64,000 nt of DNA from Candidatus Kapaibacterium sp. (lineage in GTDB: Bacteria; Bacteroidota; Ignavibacteria; Palsa-1295): contig JBKJTT010000007.1 in assembly GCA_046590205.1 (NCBI GenBank), forward strand, positions 89,700 through 153,699, given 5' to 3'. Positions 9,891 through 17,671 of this stretch are shown piece after piece. A program made the position numbers and the translations under genes. The notes under the pieces were generated by a model. That model was not told the DNA's origin and did not search any database. It saw only the letters and a list, made by a program, of their open reading frames with translations. How positions within the stretch are numbered: position 1 is the stretch's first letter; every line of letters begins with the position of its first letter.

Positions 9891-10110
9891 TCCACTTTTG
9901 AATTAAAATATCTCTGTTAACAACAAGAGTCTCATACATGAAACGCAACTCACGCGGCGAAAAGTCCTCTGAATAATCAATCTCAACCTCCGGATGAAGC
10001 CAGAATTTTGCAATAGCCTCACCTTTTTTAATATGAATATGTATCGGTTCACTTCCTTCGTTCGAGAAGAAAAAGAACGAGTACCCATTTATGAAAAGTA
10101 CTTTCGGCAT
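9874..10110 (-). CDS. DUF4160 domain protein (first gene of DUF4160/DUF2442 pair)
   Basis: 78 aa, 'SNEGSEPIHIHIKKGEAIAKFWL.PEVEIDYSEDFSPRELR' pattern of DUF4160. Tight overlap with the downstream DUF2442 ORF. Confidence 0.55.
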   Translation of the reverse strand: MPKVLFINGYSFFFFSNEGSEPIHIHIKKGEAIAKFWLHPEVEIDYSEDFSPRELRFMYETLVVNRDILIQKWNEYFS

Positions 10111-10113
10111 TTC

Positions 10114-11052
10114 CTACTTCAACGCATCCCTAAAATACGCAATGGTTTTTTCTAAGCCGACTTTGCGGTCAACTTTTGGCTCCCAACCGAGGAGGGATTT
10201 GGCGAGGGTGATATCGGGTTGGCGGACTTGCGGGTCGTCCTGCGGCAAGGGCATGAATACGATCTTGCTTTTTGATTCGGGTATCATTGCTTTTATCTCT
10301 TCAGCAAGTTGGAGCATCGTTACTTCGTCGGGATTGCCGATATTAACAGGGTTCGAATAGTCGCACATGAGCAGGCGGTAGATACCCTCGACAAGGTCAG
10401 AGACGTAGCATACGCTGCGCGTCTGCGCGCCGGTCCCGAAAACGGTTATGTCTTCGTTGCGGAGCGCTTGTGTTGTGAAGGCAGGAATTGCGCGTCCGTC
10501 TTCGATACGCATACGCTCGCCGTAGGTGTTAAAGATTCGGATGATTCTCGTCTCAAGTCCGTGATAGCGGTGGTATGCCATTGTCATCGCTTCGGCAAAG
10601 CGTTTTGCCTCGTCATAGACTCCGCGGATACCGATCGGGTTCACATTTCCCCAATAGGTTTCCGGCTGTGGATGAATAGCGGGGTCTCCGTACGTCTCAG
10701 AGGTCGAAGCGAGCAGGAAGCGGGCATTCTTTGCCTTGGCGAGTCCGAGTGCCTTGTGCGTCCCCAGAGAGCCCACCTTGAGCGTCTGGATAGGCAGCTT
10801 CAAGTAGTCGATCGGGCTGGCAGGCGATGCGAAGTGCAAAACGTAGTCCAGATGACCCGGCACATGGATGAAATTCGTGACATCGTAATGCTCGAATGTG
10901 AAGTTCGGCTTGCCAAAAAGATGGTCAACATTATCGGCATGTCCGGTAACAAGGTTATCCATGCAGATAACATCATGACCTTCAGCTACAAATCGCTCGC
11001 AAAGATGGCTACCTAAAAATCCAGCACCGCCGGTGATCAACGTTCTTGGCAT
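10114..11052 (-). CDS. uxs: UDP-glucuronate decarboxylase (UDP-xylose synthase), NAD-dependent epimerase/dehydratase family
   Basis: [15 protein letters not shown] Rossmann motif and catalytic YDEAKR. Overall length and pattern match UXS/ArnA-decarboxylase-like SDRs. Confidence 0.8.
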   Translation of the reverse strand: MPRTLITGGAGFLGSHLCERFVAEGHDVICMDNLVTGHADNVDHLFGKPNFTFEHYDVTNFIHVPGHLDYVLHFASPASPIDYLKLPIQTLKVGSLGTHKALGLAKAKNARFLLASTSETYGDPAIHPQPETYWGNVNPIGIRGVYDEAKRFAEAMTMAYHRYHGLETRIIRIFNTYGERMRIEDGRAIPAFTTQALRNEDITVFGTGAQTRSVCYVSDLVEGIYRLLMCDYSNPVNIGNPDEVTMLQLAEEIKAMIPESKSKIVFMPLPQDDPQVRQPDITLAKSLLGWEPKVDRKVGLEKTIAYFRDALK

Positions 11053-11080
11053 TATTTTTCTTTTACAAATTGTATGAGTT

Positions 11081-11194
11081 TGTCATTGCGAGAAGGGCTT
11101 TAGCCCGACGAAGCAATCTAAACTTTCAGAATTCAGCACTCATTGACATTTTAGATTGCTTCGTCACTCCCTTCGGTCGCTCCTCGCAATGACA
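11081..11194. repeat. Roughly 115-bp nested imperfect palindrome between uxs and ugd (stable hairpin; terminator/processing site or MITE-like element)
   Basis: Outer 12-nt arms tgtcattgcgag/ctcgcaatgaca and inner 16-nt arms gacgaagcaatctaaa/tttagattgcttcgtc are perfectly complementary. Inner sub-hairpins (gggctttagccc) are present. Confidence 0.6.
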
Positions 11195-11204
11195 CAAAGT
11201 AATT

Positions 11205-12512
11205 TTATCTTCTTCCAATTCCAAAGTAAGTAAACCCGAATTCTTTCATTTTTTCAGGATCGTAAATATTTCTTCCGTCGAATATGACTTTATCTTTTAT
11301 CGATGAAGCAATAGCTTTAAGATCTGGGTTGCGGAATTCATTCCACTCTGTTATGACGATAAGTGCATCGGCGCCATCGAGTGCTTTCATGTTGCGGTGA
11401 CGATACTGTAGCGAGTCTGATTCCGGTAGTACTTTCATCATCGCGGGAATTGCCACGGGGTCTGATGCCTGCACCTTTGCACCATGCTCTATGAGAGATT
11501 TAATAATTTCAATTGACGGCGCTTCGCGGATATCATCGGTCTTTGGTTTGAAGGAAAGTCCCCAGATAGCAAATGTTTTTCCTTTGATGTTACCGTTATA
11601 GTGAGCGAGTATTTTTTCGACAAGAATTTTCTTCTGCGCTTTATTGACTTCTTGCGCAGCGCGCATCATCTTGAAGTCGTACGAGTAGTCACCAGCTGTT
11701 TTTACGATAGCACTTACATCTTTCGGGAAGCAGCTTCCGCCGTATCCGACACCAGGGAATAAAAACTGCGAACCGATGCGTGAATCCGATCCGATACCTT
11801 TACGCACATTATTCACATCAGCGCCGACGCGGTCGCAGATGTTCGCGATCTCGTTCATAAATGAAATACGAAGGGCAAGCATTGCATTTGCCGCATACTT
11901 CGTAAGCTCTGCGCTCTTTTCATCCATGATGTAAATAGGATTTCCGGTACGAACGAACGGCTCGTACAACTCCTTCATGATTTCGATAGTGTTCGGGTTT
12001 GAAGCGCCTATGACAATGCGGTCTGGCTTTAAGAAATCCTGAACGGCAGCTCCTTCTTTTAAGAACTCCGGATTAGAAACCACATCAACGTGTATCTTTG
12101 TATTCGCTTCAAAGATAGCTTTTACTTTTTCCGCCGTGCCGACAGGTACTGTAGATTTATTTACGATGACCTTTGGTTCTGTAATAAGTTTGGAAATTGT
12201 CTCGGCACATTGAAGGATTCTCGATAGGTCAGCCGCACCATCTTCGCCTTGCGGAGTTGGTAATGCAAAAAAGATGACCTTTGCATCTTTGACCGCTTCT
12301 TCGTAGCTTGTCGTGAACGAGAGACGTCCCTCTTTGGCATTGAACTGGACTATTTCTTCGAGACCCGGTTCATAAATCGGTATCTCGCCGCGGCGGAGCA
12401 TTTCGATCTTTTCTTGGGCGATGTCCATGCAGACAACGCAGTGTCCGGTCTCAGCAAGTCCGGCTCCAGTGACAAGTCCTACGTATCCTGTTCCAATGAT
12501 AGAGATATTCAT
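11205..12512 (-). CDS. ugd: UDP-glucose 6-dehydrogenase
   Basis: N-terminal MNISIIGTGYVGLVTGAGLAE Rossmann fold and catalytic Cys region GGSCFPKD. Length 435 aa. Confidence 0.9.
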   Translation of the reverse strand: MNISIIGTGYVGLVTGAGLAETGHCVVCMDIAQEKIEMLRRGEIPIYEPGLEEIVQFNAKEGRLSFTTSYEEAVKDAKVIFFALPTPQGEDGAADLSRILQCAETISKLITEPKVIVNKSTVPVGTAEKVKAIFEANTKIHVDVVSNPEFLKEGAAVQDFLKPDRIVIGASNPNTIEIMKELYEPFVRTGNPIYIMDEKSAELTKYAANAMLALRISFMNEIANICDRVGADVNNVRKGIGSDSRIGSQFLFPGVGYGGSCFPKDVSAIVKTAGDYSYDFKMMRAAQEVNKAQKKILVEKILAHYNGNIKGKTFAIWGLSFKPKTDDIREAPSIEIIKSLIEHGAKVQASDPVAIPAMMKVLPESDSLQYRHRNMKALDGADALIVITEWNEFRNPDLKAIASSIKDKVIFDGRNIYDPEKMKEFGFTYFGIGRR

Positions 12513-12673
12513 CGTGCTTGGTATCTACTTACTTCCCACATCCTCTTTAAATCTTCTTTCTTTTGTTTAAATACTTTAATTAATAGTATTATTTAAAGGG
12601 TGTTGGTATGTTGATTAGTTTATTTTCCGAGTGATTTACGTATAAATACACTACGGGAAGGCAAGTTAACAAG

Positions 12674-12739
12674 TTATCCAGTATAATGTTCACATGTGGA
12701 AGGGTAGAAAGTTATCCATAGAAAAAGTTATTATCCACA
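12674..12739 (+). other. Cluster of DnaA-box-like 9-mers in AT-rich intergenic region (candidate oriC-like or DnaA-regulated site)
   Basis: Perfect TTATCCACA at 12731-12739, TTATCCATA at 12712-12720 and TTATCCAGT at 12674-12682, all in the same orientation. More 2-mismatch boxes follow to ~12803. Three TTTAAAT/TTTAAAG repeats lie at 12545-12600. Confidence 0.3.
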
Positions 12740-12877
12740 CGATATCCAAGATAACTTTATTTACCCACGGTTTTGAGAATTCTATACACAGAGTTATACT
12801 GTGTGCAAGAAATAATAACGATATTATTCAGAAGTTAGCTGTTATCAAAGAGGATGAATTCTTAAGCGTATACTACA

Positions 12878-13084
12878 ATGAGTTTACTCGTTCTACATAA
12901 AGTGCTTGTCGCATGTGCTGGTTTATTCTTTTTCTTTTTTGGTATCCGAGAGCTTACCAGAGATGGAATACCAAACAACTCACTTATGGCAGTAATTTGC
13001 TTAGTACTTGGTCTCGGATGTGTGATATATTTCATATGGGTAATGCGCGGCGGATATGCCTGGAAACCGAAAGACCAAGACTAA
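12878..13084 (+). CDS. Small two-TM membrane protein (hypothetical)
   Basis: 68 aa with two hydrophobic helices. The only support is the ORF and its position at the head of the + strand gene run. Confidence 0.3.
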   Translation: MSLLVLHKVLVACAGLFFFFFGIRELTRDGIPNNSLMAVICLVLGLGCVIYFIWVMRGGYAWKPKDQD

Positions 13085-13146
13085 CGTAGGATGTTTTTGA
13101 AAGATAATTGTTTACAGACCGACTTTATAATTAAGAACAGATACAT

Positions 13147-13560
13147 ATGATGTACGACCCGATGATGATCCAGCCGATGCGTGATGAACTTACGCGTATA
13201 GGAATGAAAGAACTACGCTCACCTGAAGATGTAGATACAGAACTTCAGGAAAAAGGAACAGCATTTTATTTTATTAACTCTGTCTGTGGATGTGCCGCCG
13301 GAAGTGCGCGCCCGGCAATTACGCTTGCACTACAGCATGAGAAGAAGCCCGAGAAACTCTTGACCTCCTTTGCCGGAAACGACAGGGATGCCGTAGCAAA
13401 AGCACGGAGTTATTTTGCGGGGTTTCCTCCCTCATCGCCCCAGATGGCTATCTTGAAAGACGGGAAAGTTGTCTGGATGATGGAGCGTTGGCAGATCGAA
13501 GGCAGAATGCCGCAGGACATCGCCAAAGACATTATTGGCGCATTTGACTCTCTAAACTAA
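13147..13560 (+). CDS. Bacilliredoxin-like thiol-disulfide oxidoreductase (YphP/YqiW, DUF1094 family)
   Basis: 'YFINSVCGCAAGSARPA' CGC active-site motif typical of BrxA/BrxB-type proteins. Length ~137 aa. Confidence 0.6.
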   Translation: MMYDPMMIQPMRDELTRIGMKELRSPEDVDTELQEKGTAFYFINSVCGCAAGSARPAITLALQHEKKPEKLLTSFAGNDRDAVAKARSYFAGFPPSSPQMAILKDGKVVWMMERWQIEGRMPQDIAKDIIGAFDSLN

Positions 13561-13593
13561 GCATTTTTCAGTAAATTCCGCAAGTGTTATAGC

Positions 13594-15186
13594 TTGCGGA
13601 ATTTTTTTCTCTGTTCCTACCTTAGACTTTGGTACGATTTTTGTTGTGTAAATACATTGGCTCTTCAACTTCGGCAGAAACTTGGTCTCTCGCAGCGCCT
13701 GACGCCACAGCAGGTGCAATACCTGCAATTGTTGCAACTGCCATCTCTCCAACTTGAGCAAAAGATTAAGGAAGAGCTTGAAGGAAACCCGCTCTTAGAA
13801 GAACTCTCTGATGATGAAGCACAGCAATACACTAACGATAACAACTCGCTCACGATCGATGAGCCGGTACTTATTCCCTCATCTAATTCTGTTCAGAATG
13901 CTGATGCAGAAGTAGAGCAGCCAAAGCAGGAGCGAACCAACGACTACACGATCGAAGATTTTATGAACGACGAACTTGAGGGATATAAGGTCCCAAGAGG
14001 AAGCCGTTCGTTCGATGATGATGATGATCGCGAAGATACGGGTGCTGTCGCTGTTGAAAGTTTTACAGATTCGCTACTGTCACAACTGAAGTTTCAAGAC
14101 GTTTCACCTCGGCTGATGCTGCTTGCTGAAGAGATTGTTGGCTCACTTGATGAAGACGGCTATCTCCGCGTTCCGCTTGAACAAATTGTGCAAGATACTT
14201 CTATTTATTATGGCGAAGAGTTTACACAATCAGAAGCAGAACGACTCCTCAAAAAGACACAACACCTCGACCCTCCAGGCATTGCGGCGCGAGACCTGCA
14301 AGAGTGCCTGCTTATTCAACTTGAGATTAAAGGAGAAGGATCTCCCGAAAAGGAACTTGCGATAACTATTATAAAAGACTATTATGATCAGTATATTAAA
14401 AAGAAATATGATCTAATCGCAAAGAAACTAAAGATGAAAGTTGAAGAGCTCAAAGCAGCAGATCATCTTATTCAACGACTTGACCCGATGCCGGGGAAAG
14501 CGCCTTCAAGAGGTGAAGGTACACGCTATATCACGCCTGACTTTTACATTGAGAAATCGCCGAACGGAAAAGATTTCACGATCACACTTAATGAACGCGG
14601 CATACCTACACTGCGAGTAAATGCGGCATATAAGCAGCTTGTCAAAAAAAGCGGAGTCGATGGCAAACCTGTTGACCAAGAAGTGAAGAAATTCATCAAT
14701 GATAAATTTCAATCGGCGAAAGATTTTCTGCTTGCTATCTATCAAAGACGCGAGACACTGATGAAAGTGATGACTGCTATCGTCTCGCATCAACACGAGT
14801 TCTTCGAGAAGGGCGAGAAGTTTCTGCGCCCGCTCGTCTATAAACAAGTTGCAGAACAAGCCGGTCTCGATATCTCAACGATTAGTCGCGTCGTTAACGG
14901 GAAATATTGCCAATGTGATGAAGGTGTCTATGAGCTGAAGTATTTCTTCAGTGAAGCTATTGCTTTCGAGGGTGGGGACGGCGAGCATGAATCGGTCTCA
15001 AATAAAGTTGTCAAGGGACGCATCAAAGAAATCCTCGAATCCGAAAATCCTGGTGACCCATATTCCGACGAAGACCTTGTTGAGCTACTCAAATCCGACG
15101 GCTACACCGTAGCCCGCCGCACCTTAGCCAAATACCGCGAACAGATGAACATTCCTGTTGCACGGTTGCGGAGAAAGATAGTGTGA
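13594..15186 (+). CDS. rpoN: RNA polymerase sigma-54 factor
   Basis: N-terminal Gln/Leu-rich activator-interacting region (LQLRQKLGLSQRLTPQQVQYLQLLQLP), core, and C-terminal RpoN box 'ARRTLAKYRE'. The true start is probably a TTG near 13648 rather than 13594. Confidence 0.85.
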   Translation: MRNFFLCSYLRLWYDFCCVNTLALQLRQKLGLSQRLTPQQVQYLQLLQLPSLQLEQKIKEELEGNPLLEELSDDEAQQYTNDNNSLTIDEPVLIPSSNSVQNADAEVEQPKQERTNDYTIEDFMNDELEGYKVPRGSRSFDDDDDREDTGAVAVESFTDSLLSQLKFQDVSPRLMLLAEEIVGSLDEDGYLRVPLEQIVQDTSIYYGEEFTQSEAERLLKKTQHLDPPGIAARDLQECLLIQLEIKGEGSPEKELAITIIKDYYDQYIKKKYDLIAKKLKMKVEELKAADHLIQRLDPMPGKAPSRGEGTRYITPDFYIEKSPNGKDFTITLNERGIPTLRVNAAYKQLVKKSGVDGKPVDQEVKKFINDKFQSAKDFLLAIYQRRETLMKVMTAIVSHQHEFFEKGEKFLRPLVYKQVAEQAGLDISTISRVVNGKYCQCDEGVYELKYFFSEAIAFEGGDGEHESVSNKVVKGRIKEILESENPGDPYSDEDLVELLKSDGYTVARRTLAKYREQMNIPVARLRRKIV

Positions 15187-15224
15187 GAACTGCACCCCTA
15201 ATATTTTCTGTTAGTAAATAAGTT

Positions 15225-15545
15225 ATGGCAACACAAGATCAGATACTTTTACTGACTAACGACATCGTTCGTTACTTCCAGCCGGAGAAGGTGATTCTCT
15301 TTGGCTCGTATGCATATGGCACACCACATGCAGGCTCAGATGTGGATATGCTCGTGATTATGCAGTTTGATGGCAACCCAATTGAAAAGATGATAGATAT
15401 CATCACCACGATTCACCCGAAGCTTGCTCTTGATCTGAAAGTACGGACACAAACAATGATAGACCGACGCATTGAGATAGGCGATGCGTTTATCCGCGAT
15501 ATATTCAATAACGGAAAAGTACTTTATGAGAGAGACAACTCGTGA
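15225..15545 (+). CDS. Nucleotidyltransferase (MNT) domain protein, antitoxin of HEPN/MNT module
   Basis: 'ILFGSYAYGTPHAGSDVDMLVI' is the GS...D.D minimal nucleotidyltransferase motif. Confidence 0.7.
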   Translation: MATQDQILLLTNDIVRYFQPEKVILFGSYAYGTPHAGSDVDMLVIMQFDGNPIEKMIDIITTIHPKLALDLKVRTQTMIDRRIEIGDAFIRDIFNNGKVLYERDNS

Positions 15546-15912
15546 GTGGGTACACGTTGCAGAAGAAGATTATAGTGCTATCGTTCAGTTGTTTGTTAAC
15601 GGTAAGAATCCTCCTTATGGTGTTGTTTGTTTTCATTGCCAGCAATGTGTTGAAAAGTATTTGAAGGCATTTCTTACAGAACAGGAGATTGATTTTCCTC
15701 GAACACATTGGTTAAGTATTCTCCTTCAACTTATGTTACCTATCAAACCCGAGTGGAATATCCATGAAGATGCCTTGAATGTACTTAGTAATTTTGCGAC
15801 GGAAACTCGTTACCCGGGTGAGTTTCAAATTAATAGAAAAGTGACTCAAAACGCAGTGGTTATTGCAGAAGAGATCAGAGAAATCATACGTGTTGAATTA
15901 GATATTAGATAG
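15526..15912 (+). CDS. HEPN domain protein, putative RNase toxin of HEPN/MNT module
   Basis: All-helical ~128 aa with a C-terminal 'ETRYPGE' R-Y motif typical of PF05168 HEPN. ATG at 15526 overlaps the MNT gene by 20 nt. The ORF-track start at 15484 is probably too early. Confidence 0.6.
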   Translation: MRETTREWVHVAEEDYSAIVQLFVNGKNPPYGVVCFHCQQCVEKYLKAFLTEQEIDFPRTHWLSILLQLMLPIKPEWNIHEDALNVLSNFATETRYPGEFQINRKVTQNAVVIAEEIREIIRVELDIR

Positions 15913-15918
15913 CATTTA

Positions 15919-17148
15919 ATGAGAAAGTTACTATTCTTCTGCTTGACGCTTCTTCTGTTTCCAATTCTCGTATTTTCCCGTACCTCCACAGCTCTCGACG
16001 CTCTCCATACCAAGAACTTCAGCGAACTTCGTGGGAAGCGTATCGGATTTATCTGTAATCAGACATCACGCACCGCGACGAATGACTTTGGTCCAGATGT
16101 ACTTAATAAATCAAAAGGTATAACCGTTGTTGCTTTCTTCTCGCCCGAGCATGGATTTGGCGGCGTACGTAAGGCAGGTATCAAGAGCGACACCATAGAA
16201 AACTACCAAGGAATTCCTGTCCATTCTCTTTATGGTAGCACCCGCAAGCCGACAAAAGAAATGCTTCATGGTGTGAATACACTTGTCTTTGATATTCAAG
16301 ACATCGGTGTCCGAGCATACACATATCTATCCACAATGATACTTGCAATGGAAGCAGCAAGTGAGAATAACATCGAGTTCATCGTGCTGGATAGACCCAA
16401 CCCTCTCGGAGGCGAGCGCATCGAAGGTGGCATACTTGATACATCGTTGAAGTCCTTTGTAGGCATCATTCCTATTCCGTATATTCATGGCATGACGCTC
16501 GGTGAACTCGCAGAAATGGCAAGAGGTGAGCGGTGGTTCAAAGGGGCAGAGAAGCTGAAGCTGAAGGTAATTAAGATGGAGTCTTGGAAGCGAGTGATGA
16601 CGTGGGATAGAACGGGTTTGAAGTGGACACCACCTTCACCGAACATTCCGACGTATGAAAGTGCTGTCGGTTGTGCGATGTTCGGCGCGCTTGGTGAGCT
16701 TGGGCTTATCTCTGTCGGCATCGGAAGCGACGAGCCGTTCCTTCGTCTTGGCTCGCGTCTTGTAAAAGCCGAGCGAATGAAGATGATATTACAATCGTAT
16801 CTGCCAAGTGATGTATTTGTCGAGCTTGAAGATTTTACAACTCCCTTCGGTGATACGATAAAGTCTTATAATGGTATTCGCGTCGATCTTCCGCCAGTGA
16901 GTCCGAGCGGCGAGATATTTTCGGCGCAGTTCAAATTTCTATTTGATTTAATTGCTCTTGATACGAACATAGCAAAGGCATACGGTGCAACTTCGATGGC
17001 TTCTAAGCGTATGTTCGATAAAGTGGTCGGCTCAAGACTTCCGCGAAGGTTAATGGAAGTTGGTGACGTTGAGGGACTTATCGAGCAGTGGAAAACCGAA
17101 TGCAGCGCATTCCGGACAAAACGACAGAAATATCTTCTTTATAATTGA
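15919..17148 (+). CDS. DUF1343 family protein (NamZ-like exo-beta-N-acetylmuramidase), secreted
   Basis: Signal peptide. 'VFDIQDIGVRAYTYLSTMILAMEAASENNIEFIVLDRPNPLGGERIEG' matches the conserved DUF1343/YzbB core. Confidence 0.55.
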   Translation: MRKLLFFCLTLLLFPILVFSRTSTALDALHTKNFSELRGKRIGFICNQTSRTATNDFGPDVLNKSKGITVVAFFSPEHGFGGVRKAGIKSDTIENYQGIPVHSLYGSTRKPTKEMLHGVNTLVFDIQDIGVRAYTYLSTMILAMEAASENNIEFIVLDRPNPLGGERIEGGILDTSLKSFVGIIPIPYIHGMTLGELAEMARGERWFKGAEKLKLKVIKMESWKRVMTWDRTGLKWTPPSPNIPTYESAVGCAMFGALGELGLISVGIGSDEPFLRLGSRLVKAERMKMILQSYLPSDVFVELEDFTTPFGDTIKSYNGIRVDLPPVSPSGEIFSAQFKFLFDLIALDTNIAKAYGATSMASKRMFDKVVGSRLPRRLMEVGDVEGLIEQWKTECSAFRTKRQKYLLYN

Positions 17149-17162
17149 TGGATAAGGACAGT

Positions 17163-17531
17163 ATGTATGATGCTGGTGTTTGCAATATTGATATTGCAGG
17201 GATTCGTCTTCGTAAAAAACTTGGGACGATCACAGCCATCATTGGTCTTATCGTCTTGGCTATTATGTTCTATTTTCATATTGACCCTGTGTTTCGCTTT
17301 ATGTCAACGGCTGGGTTTGGTGCAGGGGTAGCGTTAAACTTCATTCAGGCGAACGAACACTTTTGCGTAGCAAACTCACTTCAGGGTACAACCGAAGAGG
17401 GGACGAAACGAACAAAGGTTGACAGAACAGAAAACCAACAGCAAAAGGACAGGAAAAAAATGTATTCGATAATCATCAAAACAGCCGTAACGGCACTCGC
17501 CGCCGGCTCGTTCGGATTGCTTCCGGTTTAA
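17163..17531 (+). CDS. DUF2892-like (YgaP-type) small membrane protein with C-terminal extension
   Basis: 'CNIDIAGIRLRKKLGTITAIIGLIVLAI...HFCVANSLQG' resembles the DUF2892 two-TM motif. The start is chosen at the Met preceding the motif. Confidence 0.4.
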   Translation: MYDAGVCNIDIAGIRLRKKLGTITAIIGLIVLAIMFYFHIDPVFRFMSTAGFGAGVALNFIQANEHFCVANSLQGTTEEGTKRTKVDRTENQQQKDRKKMYSIIIKTAVTALAAGSFGLLPV

Positions 17532-17671
17532 GCTTTTTTGTTCTTGCGTGGCACGTCCTTGTAGACGACGTAGATAATCCCCGCCATTGCCGCAAGCATA
17601 AGTAAGAAGAAGATACCCATAGTTTTCCTTGTGTTAAGAGAGTGTATAAACCGTCAGTAAAGTGAATTAGT

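Noticed and set aside
10309-11016. 235-aa ORF on the plus strand overlapping uxs
   Set aside because: Entirely antisense to a well-supported gene with clear SDR motifs, and it has no recognisable motif itself. Treated as a shadow ORF. The same applies to 17915-18556 (opposite acd), 48006-48557 (opposite murQ), 59826-60501 (opposite murD), 44795-45261 (opposite mnmE), 3272-3658, 4000-4266 and 4526-5113 (opposite the BNR gene), 37480-37990 and 38023-38644 (opposite the Fe-S oxidoreductase), and 23568-24332 (opposite the Wzz-like gene).
12414-12900. ORFs 12414-12596 (60 aa) and 12694-12900 (68 aa) in the ugd upstream region
   Set aside because: They lie in the AT-rich region carrying the DnaA-box-like repeats. 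Low complexity and no motif. Treated as non-coding.
17553-17567. Sigma-54-like -24/-12 element TGGCACGTCCTTGTA
   Set aside because: The -12 element is TTGT instead of TTGC, and the orientation would drive transcription antisense to the downstream acd gene. Likely chance.
17530-17628. 32-aa minus-strand ORF (MGIFFLLMLAAMAGIIYVVYKDVPRKNKKA) downstream of acd
   Set aside because: It is plausible as a tiny membrane peptide but is unsupported by any motif or by an obvious ribosome-binding site. Too short to call.
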